Assembly (NCBI GenBank): GCA_964452815.1
Contig: CAYVNI010000286.1
Span: 1-42,325 of the forward strand
Source of the DNA: an uncultured Sulfurovum sp.
Lineage (GTDB): Bacteria; Campylobacterota; Campylobacteria; Campylobacterales; Sulfurovaceae
Direction of reading: 5' to 3'
DNA: 42,325 bases
Below the pieces are notes generated by a model. The model was not told where the DNA came from. It did no database searches and worked only from the letters and a program-made list of their open reading frames with translations. Position 1 is the first letter of the stretch; every line of letters starts with the position of its first letter. Position numbers and translations under genes: made by a program. Shown here one piece after another: positions 20,171-29,435 of the stretch.

Positions 20171-21547
20171 TTATCTATCCTCTAATAATACCATCTTAAT
20201 CCCAGAATGAGCAATGTAAACCACCGTTTTACCACTCTTAGAACTTATCAAAATCTTATACTTCACCAACTCATTTAGATACTTTCGTGCTGAATTTGCT
20301 GAGACATCATAATCCACAGAAATCTCTTTTGCCGTAAAAATTCTCCCAGGGGTCTTAAGTGCTTTTTTGACCATATCTTTTTGTACAAAATTAAGCTTTT
20401 CACCTATCTTTGAGCCATTGAGTAGGGTGGCTATCTCCTCAAACTCTCGGCTTTTGGCTTGTAGGTAGCCTAGCAACTCATCCACGGCTCTTAGGATAAC
20501 TTCGACTTGATAGTATATAAAATAGGTGAGGTCATTGTCATCTATTTCACTATGTAGATAACTCATCCCATACTTTTTAGGTGCGTCTTTTAGAAACTTG
20601 GAGATAGAGATGTATTCAAAATACTCAAATCCATTTTTGAGCATGTACCAGTAGAATATCGCCCGTGCTGTTCGTCCATTGCCGTCACTAAAGGGATGCT
20701 CGTAGCCTATCATGAAGTGTAGGATAATCGCCTTTACAATGGGGTCGATAAAGACACTTCCACTCTCTCCATCGTGTTGTTCGTTGGCAAAGATACAGAT
20801 TTGAGCCAAACGGGCAGGGATTTGGGTGTGGCATGGGGGTTGGTGTACTACTTCGCCATCTCTTCCACTGCTGATAAATATCTCGTTGTCCTCTCGAAAC
20901 TTGCCAGGGATTACGCCATTTTCAGTGGTGTTTTGGGTGGCTATCTTGTGAAAGGAGAGCATCATGTCGATGGTTAGCTCTTCATTTTTTACTATCTTTA
21001 TCTCTTTCATTAGCAGATAGTTGTTGAGAATCATATGCTCATCTTCACTTTTTGGTTTTCTGTTGTGAGAGAGCATATCTTTGGCGATTCGGCGTGTGAC
21101 CGATGCTCCTTCGAGTTGTGAGCTACTAATCGCCTCTTCCATAATAAGTGAGGAGATGAGGAAGTTTTGTTTGAGTGAGTTGTGTGGCACTATCCCTTGA
21201 CGTGAGAAGTTTACTATCTTGTAAAGTTTGGCTTGAAGTGAGTCGGGGATACAGAAGTTAAAATGGTTGTCCTCTTTGTCGTAGAGGTCAATATCTTTGA
21301 GTTTAAAGAGACGCATCATCTTGGTTGACCACCATGCCATTTGGGGGTTATCCTCTTTGTCCACACGCCAACGAAACTCATCCCAATAGAGATAGCGACC
21401 TTTTTTATCAACATCTTGATATTTATTAAAGTAGCTCATGAGTTCATTGTACTGTTGATTTTGTCCCAAAAAGTCATGTATCTTGTCTATGTTTTTAGAG
21501 GAGAAGCCAAACTCTGTGGGTGGGACTTCTATTAATTTTTTTGCCAT
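20171..21547 (-). CDS. Fic domain protein with an N-terminal inhibitory motif and C-terminal HTH
   Basis: HPFSDGNGRTAR canonical Fic motif; SSQLEG inhibition motif; C-terminal TAKEISVDYDVSANSARKYLNELV wHTH. Start 21547 preferred over 21622 because an extended -10 lies between them. Confidence 0.9.
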   Translation of the reverse strand: MAKKLIEVPPTEFGFSSKNIDKIHDFLGQNQQYNELMSYFNKYQDVDKKGRYLYWDEFRWRVDKEDNPQMAWWSTKMMRLFKLKDIDLYDKEDNHFNFCIPDSLQAKLYKIVNFSRQGIVPHNSLKQNFLISSLIMEEAISSSQLEGASVTRRIAKDMLSHNRKPKSEDEHMILNNYLLMKEIKIVKNEELTIDMMLSFHKIATQNTTENGVIPGKFREDNEIFISSGRDGEVVHQPPCHTQIPARLAQICIFANEQHDGESGSVFIDPIVKAIILHFMIGYEHPFSDGNGRTARAIFYWYMLKNGFEYFEYISISKFLKDAPKKYGMSYLHSEIDDNDLTYFIYYQVEVILRAVDELLGYLQAKSREFEEIATLLNGSKIGEKLNFVQKDMVKKALKTPGRIFTAKEISVDYDVSANSARKYLNELVKYKILISSKSGKTVVYIAHSGIKMVLLEDR

Positions 21548-21583
21548 ATTTTCTACTTTAACGCAAATTTTTATATTTGCGTT

Positions 21584-21592
21584 ATTGTAGCA
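21584..21592 (-). promoter_or_regulatory. Extended -10 promoter for the fic gene
   Basis: Minus strand TGcTACAAT ~37 nt upstream of ATG 21547. Confidence 0.5.
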
Positions 21593-21626
21593 TAGTTCTC
21601 TTTTATGGAGGTTTATACTCAAAGGC

Positions 21627-22481
21627 TTATTTTAATACACCTCCAAGCATTCCTTTAATAGCTGATTGTATATCAGCAGGATAAACCACAAATTTGGCGT
21701 TTGGTGATTGGGTCATTTTCTCTAGGGTATTGATATATCGGTCTCCGAGTAAGAACATCGCAGGAAGTTCATTGCCATCAGTTGCTTGTGCAATCATCTG
21801 CATCGCTTTGGCAGAGGCATTAGCCAGTGCTACTTGTGCTTGTGCTTCGAGTTTTGAGGCCTCTAGCTTTCCTTGTGCTTCTAAAATAGCAGCGTTTTTA
21901 TTCCCCTCTGCTGTGGTCTCAATCGCCCGTCTCTCACGCTCTGCTGCTGCTTGACGCTCCATCGAGTCTTGCATGGAGCCACTTGGGTTGATGTCTTGAA
22001 TCTCTACGGATTTTACAGTAACCCCCCAATCGGCAACATCATCAATGATGCTCTCTTTGAGTCGGGCTTTTATCATCTCACGGTTACTAAGTGCTTCGTC
22101 TAGCTTCATCTCACCGATAATAGAACGTAATGTGGTCATAATAAGACTGGCAATGGCGAGTTGAAAATCCTCAACACCATAGAGGGCATCTTTGGGATTG
22201 GTGACACGCACAAAGGCGATGGCATTGGTTCTAATGACAGCATTGTCTTTGGTGATAACCTCCTGTTGGGGGATATCCATAATAATATCACGGGTAGAGA
22301 TACGCTGACGCACTGAGTCCACATAGGGGATGATGAGGTTAAGCCCAGGGTTCAGTGTTCGTGAGAACTTTCCTAATTTTTCGATGACCCACTCTTCGCC
22401 TTGTGGGACAATTTTAATCCCTTTGTAGAGGGTGACAAGCATGGCGATAAGCAATACCACGAGTATATTTAAACTTTCCAT
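21627..22481 (-). CDS. SPFH/band-7 (QmcA/stomatin-like) membrane protein
   Basis: KIVPQGEEWVIEKLGKF..TL.PGL, QEVITKDNA, TTLRSIIGEM, AERERRA coiled coil. Confidence 0.92.
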   Translation of the reverse strand: MESLNILVVLLIAMLVTLYKGIKIVPQGEEWVIEKLGKFSRTLNPGLNLIIPYVDSVRQRISTRDIIMDIPQQEVITKDNAVIRTNAIAFVRVTNPKDALYGVEDFQLAIASLIMTTLRSIIGEMKLDEALSNREMIKARLKESIIDDVADWGVTVKSVEIQDINPSGSMQDSMERQAAAERERRAIETTAEGNKNAAILEAQGKLEASKLEAQAQVALANASAKAMQMIAQATDGNELPAMFLLGDRYINTLEKMTQSPNAKFVVYPADIQSAIKGMLGGVLK

Positions 22482-22513
22482 TTTAAAATCCTTTAATATT
22501 TATATTTTTTAAT

Positions 22514-22966
22514 TTATAGTGAAGCAACTTCGATAAGTTGCCCTTTGACCATGACAATACGAATACGGGTATTTTTATCCAAATTCTCTTTTGCTGTAGC
22601 CATCCACGTGCTGTTTCCCAAAACGGGCATATCAAAACGAACAATACCTTTGCCATTGATAATAATATCCTCTTCAACTACTCCCAACGTCTCCAAGGAG
22701 TAGTTTGATTGCCCTGAATTCTCTTTTGTCTTGTCTCTCATATATTGAAACCAGATAGCAATAGAGAGCAGTGAAAGTATCATCCATAAGATAAGCTCTA
22801 TTTCTAAAGAGAGAGGGTAAACAACATCTATTATTCCCACAATAATAGCCGATAGCCCCAGTCCTAGCATCATAAAAGTAGCTGTAAAAATCTCAATGGT
22901 CAACAGTCCTAGACCCAAGATAATCCAATGCCACCAAAGCAGATTTTGTGTTAAAAGTTCTATCAT
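22514..22966 (-). CDS. NfeD family protein
   Basis: WWHWIILG...IEI TM region plus C-terminal OB-fold G.V......W.A; adjacent to SPFH. Confidence 0.88.
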   Translation of the reverse strand: MIELLTQNLLWWHWIILGLGLLTIEIFTATFMMLGLGLSAIIVGIIDVVYPLSLEIELILWMILSLLSIAIWFQYMRDKTKENSGQSNYSLETLGVVEEDIIINGKGIVRFDMPVLGNSTWMATAKENLDKNTRIRIVMVKGQLIEVASL

Positions 22967-23003
22967 TGGTTACTCCTCTTATTGTTTTTAAAGGTTAAAC
23001 TAT

Positions 23004-23050
23004 ATTATACATCAATAACCTAATTATCATAAGTAATGTTACGCTATAAT
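23004..23050. promoter_or_regulatory. Divergent -10 elements for nfeD (minus) and ilvC (plus)
   Basis: ATTATA at 23004-23009 (TATAAT on minus) and TATAAT at 23045-23050. Confidence 0.45.
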
Positions 23051-23078
23051 CGCGAAATTTTTTTAACTCCAAGGATAA

Positions 23079-24107
<1,029 letters not shown>

Positions 24108-24122
24108 TCTTTTTTCTTTTTT

Positions 24123-24160
24123 GCACTCATCGTTATATAGATGATGAGTGTTGTTACCTT
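24123..24160 (+). terminator. Intrinsic terminator after ilvC
   Basis: CACTCATCGT-TATATAG-ATGATGAGTG stem (10 bp including one G-U), followed by TTGTTACCTTTT, between convergent genes. Confidence 0.6.
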
Positions 24161-24164
24161 TTAC

Positions 24165-25151
24165 TTACTTATTTTTCTCCCGTCTATTCGCCAAAATCGA
24201 AGAAATAGCAGAAACTCCAATAATCCCAATACCCACTGTTCCCACAACTACTTCTGGAATAATATGTGAATCAAAAACTTTCATAATCATGATAATTGCA
24301 AGTACCAAGATAGCATAGTGTGCTCCATGCTCTAAATATCTATATTGATTAAGCGTACCTTTTCTTAACATAAATAGCGTTAAAGACCTAACAAACATCG
24401 CCCCAATTCCTAGACCAATCATAATGATAAAGATATCTGAACTCAATGCAAATGCACCGATAACACCGTCAAAACTAAATGAAGCATCTAGCACCTCTAG
24501 GTAGAGTAGTCCCATAATTCCACTTCGTACACCATCGGTATTTAGAAAATCATCGGCAGAGGCAATAATCTCATAGAGAATAACCCCTGTAAAGTATGCC
24601 AGTGCTATTTCATAGTCACTGGTTAAATTGGTAAGGGTAAGACCCACTGCTAGAGATATAACAAGTTGAATGGTATGGAGTTGTTTGAGTTTATTGATGA
24701 TAAAGCTGTTTTCAAATGACTCTATCCAGTAGTGGTCATGCTCTTCATCAAAGATGAAGTCCAAAAAGACCATCAGTAAAAAAGCACCACCAAAAGCGTA
24801 GATAAGATGCTCTACAGAGATGAGTGTGGCATGATATTTTTCAGGCTCATTGAGTGCAATCTGAAATGTTTGAAAAACTCCTGTACCACTTGATATGGCA
24901 ACAATAGCAATAGGAAAAATAAAACGCATCCCAAAAACAGCAATTGGCATCCCCCATGTGATAAATCTATCTTGCCATTTCTCCTCCATTGTCTCTAAGA
25001 CTTTTGCATTGACAACCGCATTGTCAAAGGAGAGTGACACCTCTAGTATCGCTAAAAGTGTCACGATATATAGAGCTTCCCACTGCCCTATATAGAAGCC
25101 TAATCCTAGACCAATAATTGTAATAATAATAGAACTGTAAAAGTATCTCAT
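24165..25151 (-). CDS. DUF475 (TerC-related) membrane protein
   Basis: LEVSLSFDNAVVNA, IAVFGMR, YLEVLDASFSFDGVIGAFA, YLEHGAHYAI. Confidence 0.88.
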   Translation of the reverse strand: MRYFYSSIIITIIGLGLGFYIGQWEALYIVTLLAILEVSLSFDNAVVNAKVLETMEEKWQDRFITWGMPIAVFGMRFIFPIAIVAISSGTGVFQTFQIALNEPEKYHATLISVEHLIYAFGGAFLLMVFLDFIFDEEHDHYWIESFENSFIINKLKQLHTIQLVISLAVGLTLTNLTSDYEIALAYFTGVILYEIIASADDFLNTDGVRSGIMGLLYLEVLDASFSFDGVIGAFALSSDIFIIMIGLGIGAMFVRSLTLFMLRKGTLNQYRYLEHGAHYAILVLAIIMIMKVFDSHIIPEVVVGTVGIGIIGVSAISSILANRREKNK

Positions 25152-25432
25152 TATTCTTTTCCCTTCAAGTTTAATAGCTAAAAGCTGAAAGTATAAAAGG
25201 ATTAACTTAAAAAGAGACTCTTTATAAAATAAAAGTGGAAAAATTATTATTAAATTTTATTGATTTTTAAGATATAATATGAATATGAAGAAAATTAAAT
25301 TGTGGTAGGGATTACTATTAACGCCTCTTAATATCCGAATATTAGTTTGGAGTTTCTAGGAAGCTCCATCATTTATGACAGGGTAGTTCAGATATAATTT
25401 TTGTTAAATATATAACTCAAAATGGAGAGATT

Positions 25433-26818
25433 ATGAATCAATTAAAAAATTTAAAATTAAACAGTTTTATGGAGAGCTATAGGTTAATTATCTATGCTGT
25501 GGCTATTGGTATTTTGTTTTATCTATTAGCCTTGATAACATTTTCAGATGTTCAAGCACGACTGGTGGGGGTTATCGCCTTTTTGGTAACACTGTGGACA
25601 AACAACGGGTTGCATATGGGGGTGGTGTCGATGCTTCCTATTTTGCTTTTTCCTATGTTTGGATTAGTAGAATCAAAGGATGTGGTAACCAACTATTCTA
25701 AGACGACCATTTTTCTCTTTGTGGGTGGGTTTCTTTTGGCAATTGCCACTGAAAAATCACAACTTCATAAACGATTAGCCACCAAGTTACTCTCCATCTT
25801 TCCCAATACACCCAGAGGGGTTTTGTATTCGCTTATGTTAACAGCAGGAGTGCTTAGTTCTATCTTGTCCGATACCACCACTGCACTCCTTATTATCCCG
25901 ATCGCTGCGTTTTTGACAGACAATTCTGACTATAAGTTTCGTCTGCTTTTGGGGGTGGCGTATGCGTCGCTTATTGGAGGGATTATTACTCCTGTAGGAA
26001 CACCACCCAATTTGATTTTGATGGATTTTATCGAAACAAATGGGCTAGAGATGATACCTTTTGCTACGTGGACAGCGATGATGTTACCTTTGGCGATTAT
26101 TATGATGATAGCTGCGGCGGAAATTTTGCTCTATGGGCTTAAAAAAGAGGATTTTGAGTTGGTTGAAATAGACATGACTAAAAAGCCTTTGACACGTGAC
26201 CAGAGAAAACTGGTATGGATACTCTCCTCTTTGGCGATAATTTTAGCCTCTAACCCTATCTTGATGTACTTGTTTGATGTGCATATCAACGAGAAATTGA
26301 CACTTCTGGCTTTTGGTCTTTTTCTCTTTTTACCCAAAGTTGACCTTTTGGAGTGGAAAGAGGATTTTGCCAAAATTCCTTTTGCGATTATCTTTCTTTT
26401 TGGGGCAGGGTTCTCCATTGCGATGGCGTTTCAAAAGACAGGACTTGCCACGGAGATTGCCAATATCTTGGTGAGCTTTAACTATCTCCCTCCTATGGCA
26501 CTGATGCTAATCATTGGGGTAGGGGTGGTGTTTGCTACAGAGCTTACAAGTAATACGGCACTCACCTCTATTATGATACCCATCATCTATCCTTTTGCTA
26601 TCCAGAGTGGGCTTGACCCGATGCTCTTTATGCTCATTGTGGCAATTTCGGCGAGTTATGCATTTATGTTGCCCATTGCTACAGCACCAAATGCCATTGC
26701 TATGTCTACAGGTCATGTTAAAACCACACAGATGATACGGCGTGGCATATGGCTAAATCTCTTTGGGATAGCAATTACCTTTACTGTGGCACTCAACTAC
26801 TGGACGCTTTTTCTATGA
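25433..26818 (+). CDS. SLC13/DASS family sodium:anion symporter
   Basis: IFLFVGGF, SDTTT, GGIITPVGTPPN, TELTSNTA, AFMLPIATAPNAI. Confidence 0.9.
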   Translation: MNQLKNLKLNSFMESYRLIIYAVAIGILFYLLALITFSDVQARLVGVIAFLVTLWTNNGLHMGVVSMLPILLFPMFGLVESKDVVTNYSKTTIFLFVGGFLLAIATEKSQLHKRLATKLLSIFPNTPRGVLYSLMLTAGVLSSILSDTTTALLIIPIAAFLTDNSDYKFRLLLGVAYASLIGGIITPVGTPPNLILMDFIETNGLEMIPFATWTAMMLPLAIIMMIAAAEILLYGLKKEDFELVEIDMTKKPLTRDQRKLVWILSSLAIILASNPILMYLFDVHINEKLTLLAFGLFLFLPKVDLLEWKEDFAKIPFAIIFLFGAGFSIAMAFQKTGLATEIANILVSFNYLPPMALMLIIGVGVVFATELTSNTALTSIMIPIIYPFAIQSGLDPMLFMLIVAISASYAFMLPIATAPNAIAMSTGHVKTTQMIRRGIWLNLFGIAITFTVALNYWTLFL

Positions 26819-27591
26819 GAAAAATAGAAGAGCATATTCCTGAACTAGAGAGGATGAAAAAATATCCAAAAGAGTTATACTCTATTGGAAGTTTGGAGCT
26901 TTTAAAACGACCAAAAGTGTCTATTGTAGGGACAAGACGACCTTCGGGTTACACCAAAGATTTTACGCTAAATCTAGCCAAAGCGTTAGTGAGTAGAGGG
27001 GTCTGTGTGGTATCAGGTGTGGCGATGGGGGTTGATGCACTGGCACATATCGGGGCGGGGTCGGCAAATACCATTGCTGTGGTTGCCAACAGCTTAGATA
27101 TTCGTTACCCTGCTGTCAATCGTCAACTTATTGAGGGGATAGAGAAGGAGGGGTTGATGCTGAGTCAATATGCTCCGACTTTCAGAGCTACCCCTTGGAG
27201 TTTTGTGGTGCGTAATGAGGTGGTGGTTGCTTTGGGTGATATTCTTATCGTCACCGAAGCAGATTTAAAGAGTGGTTCGATGCGTTCGGTGGAGTTTGCT
27301 TTGGCGATGGGAAAAGAGATATATGTCTTGCCCCATCGTCTTAATGAGAGTAGGGGAACCAATGAACTGTTAGAACAAGGGTTGGCAAAGCCCATTTATA
27401 ACATAGAGGCGTTTGCCAATCGTTATGGAGTTATTCCACAAGATGAGGGGATAGAGAAAGATGAGTTTTTCTATTTTTGTCAAACCTCACCAACCCTTGA
27501 TGAAGCCGTTGCCAAATTTGATTCACGGGTTTATGAGGCAGAGCTTTGTGGAGAGATAACGATTGAGAATGGGATTATTCGTTTAGCATAA
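26815..27591 (+). CDS. dprA: DNA-processing protein DprA
   Basis: VSIVGTRRPS.Y, VVSGVAMGVDA.AH, F..RN, VTEA..KSGS; ATG 26815 overlaps the upstream stop (ATGA). Confidence 0.92.
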   Translation: MRKIEEHIPELERMKKYPKELYSIGSLELLKRPKVSIVGTRRPSGYTKDFTLNLAKALVSRGVCVVSGVAMGVDALAHIGAGSANTIAVVANSLDIRYPAVNRQLIEGIEKEGLMLSQYAPTFRATPWSFVVRNEVVVALGDILIVTEADLKSGSMRSVEFALAMGKEIYVLPHRLNESRGTNELLEQGLAKPIYNIEAFANRYGVIPQDEGIEKDEFFYFCQTSPTLDEAVAKFDSRVYEAELCGEITIENGIIRLA

Positions 27592-28693
27592 TCGAAAATT
27601 TTGCTCCCTCTTTGGTATTGCAAACAGAGATTTTCCCTTTAAGCTTGGTCTCTATAATCAGCTTTGACATATAGAGACCCAGTCCTGTTCCCCCTTTGTT
27701 TATCTTGGTGCTAAAATAGATATCAAAAATTTCCCTGATAATCTTCTCATCTACGCCACCTGCATTATCCAAAACTGATACAATGACCTCTTTCCCGATA
27801 CGCTTTGTCTCTATTTTTATGGTGGGATGCCCTATCTCTCGCTCCACAAGTACATCTTTTGCATTGTTTAGCAGGTTGAGGATGACTTGTGAAAACTCAC
27901 TAGGATATCCCAAAATGTAGACAGGCTTTGGGGTAGTTACAATCTCTAGTTTAATATGATAATAGGTTAGAGTCGCTTCGATGATATTAACAGCACTCTG
28001 AATATAGTTAGAGAGTTTAAAAAGCTCTTTATCTCGGTTTGGAACAAAAAAATTACGAAAATCATCAATGGTATTGGACATATATTTTATAAGCTCATTT
28101 CCATTTTTTACCTTCTCTTTTAGATATTTTCTGTCCAATTCATCAAACTCATATGCAGCGTCTAGGTTCATAAAAACCCCACCTAGTTCTGCCAAAGGTT
28201 GTCTCCACTGATGGGCGATATGACCTATCATCTCTCCCATGGTGGCGAGTTTGGACTGTTGCATCAAAAAGTACTCTTTTTCAAGTCGCTTCTCTACCTC
28301 TTGTTTCATATTAAACTTGTCAATATCCTCTCCTAAGTAGTCAAAAAGTCTCTCTTGAAGTACCACCCCACAAAATTGTTGCTCTTGGTTAATCAGTATA
28401 ATTCGTCTAATATTATGTTTGGAGAAGAGTTTAATTGCAAACTCTATTGGACTGTTTTCATTGGCAGATATAATCTCTTGTGTAGCATACTCATAGATAT
28501 TATCAGATAAATTACCTTGTTGTCCCAAGGCATTGATAATATCACTCTGTGTCAACATAGCAAGGGGAAACCCCTCTTTTATCAGTACTACAGAGCCGTT
28601 ACCATTACAATTCATGGTCGCTGTTACATCCTTGAGTGACGCTTTGTAGTCGATAAAAAAGTTTTGATAACTGGCTATCTCTTTGAGACTCAT
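27575..28693 (-). CDS. Soluble CBS-pair histidine kinase
   Basis: N-terminal CBS pair (LTQSDII; NIRRIILIN...GVV); QQSKLATMGEMIGHIAHQWRQPL H-box; NLLNNAKD, DNAGG, GTGLGL; no TM segment. Confidence 0.85.
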   Translation of the reverse strand: MSLKEIASYQNFFIDYKASLKDVTATMNCNGNGSVVLIKEGFPLAMLTQSDIINALGQQGNLSDNIYEYATQEIISANENSPIEFAIKLFSKHNIRRIILINQEQQFCGVVLQERLFDYLGEDIDKFNMKQEVEKRLEKEYFLMQQSKLATMGEMIGHIAHQWRQPLAELGGVFMNLDAAYEFDELDRKYLKEKVKNGNELIKYMSNTIDDFRNFFVPNRDKELFKLSNYIQSAVNIIEATLTYYHIKLEIVTTPKPVYILGYPSEFSQVILNLLNNAKDVLVEREIGHPTIKIETKRIGKEVIVSVLDNAGGVDEKIIREIFDIYFSTKINKGGTGLGLYMSKLIIETKLKGKISVCNTKEGAKFSIMLNE

Positions 28694-29382
28694 CTTTGTG
28701 CCTCAAATCTATAACCCATCCCAGTGATATTTTTGAGACATGGAACCACCATTTTTTTACGAATATTGCGTATTTGGCTACGAATCGCATCCCTTGTCAT
28801 CACCCCACTGCTCCAAATCTCAGTTTCAAGCATATCATAACGAAGTACCTCCCCCTCATGTTCTATAAAAAACTCCAATATCTCTGACTCTTTTTTACGA
28901 AGTAAAACGGTGCTGTTTTCATATATAATAGAGGTTGTTTTTTTATCATAAACATAGCCCTTCCCAAGCTCAAAATGGCTCTTCTTTTTTAACTCATTTA
29001 GGGCTTTTTCAAAAGCAGAGAGTAGCTCCTCATTGGTAACAGGCTTCACCAAATATCGACAAAGCTCCAACTCCACAGCTCGGATGGTAAATTCAGGATT
29101 GGTATATGCTGTAGAGATAATAATCCGTGTCTCTTTGTCATATTTACGAATCTTTGTAGCAAAATCAATACCATTCATATTTGGCAGATTTATATCAAGC
29201 AGAAGAATGTCAGGCTTATGTCTTTGATAGAGTTCAAGCCCCTCTTCGCTACTTTCACAAGAGTAGACCCTTGGAGAGTAACGAAGGAGAAACTCTCGTA
29301 TCTGTTTCCGTACATTTGGGTCATCTTCGACATAGAGGATGCTGTAGTGGCTCATTTTTTTGGCAAAAGCTTTGTGGTTCAT
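28690..29382 (-). CDS. OmpR-type response regulator
   Basis: ILYVEDD, DILLLDINLP, YLVKP, C-terminal wHTH (LRKKE...IRNIRKK...GMGY). AGGAG precedes ATG 29382. Confidence 0.9.
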   Translation of the reverse strand: MNHKAFAKKMSHYSILYVEDDPNVRKQIREFLLRYSPRVYSCESSEEGLELYQRHKPDILLLDINLPNMNGIDFATKIRKYDKETRIIISTAYTNPEFTIRAVELELCRYLVKPVTNEELLSAFEKALNELKKKSHFELGKGYVYDKKTTSIIYENSTVLLRKKESEILEFFIEHEGEVLRYDMLETEIWSSGVMTRDAIRSQIRNIRKKMVVPCLKNITGMGYRFEAQR

Positions 29383-29435
29383 GGGGTCTCTCCTCTCTAT
29401 CATATCTATTTAAATTATTAAATAGATATAAACTT

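Noticed and set aside
21548-21622. N-terminal 25-aa extension of Fic
   Set aside because: The region contains an extended -10 promoter, so ATG 21547 is the more plausible start.
18213-21626. IS element, prophage or integron as the carrier of the islet
   Set aside because: No transposase or integrase, terminal inverted repeats, attC-like sites or target duplications were visible.
22483-22677. 64-aa ORF overlapping nfeD, and the many other 60-150-aa ORFs nested in or antisense to long genes
   Set aside because: No recognisable motifs, and they lie wholly or largely within well-supported genes.
25285-25308. Seven-codon ORF MKKIKLW as an attenuator leader peptide
   Set aside because: No RBS, it starts at about the predicted TSS, and no U-tract terminator follows.
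25325-25388. Resemblance to a purine riboswitch (TCCGAA-TATTAG-TTTGGA-GTTTCTA)
   Set aside because: P2 and J2/3 look similar, but P3, the CCGUAAA loop and P1 cannot be formed; kept only as an unclassified structured leader.
26749-26814. Longer dprA start; likewise the longer starts at 30713 (lolE-like), 29403 (regulator) and 41033 (GH3)
   Set aside because: They overlap upstream genes or promoters. The downstream ATGs have stop/start coupling, an RBS or a signal peptide.
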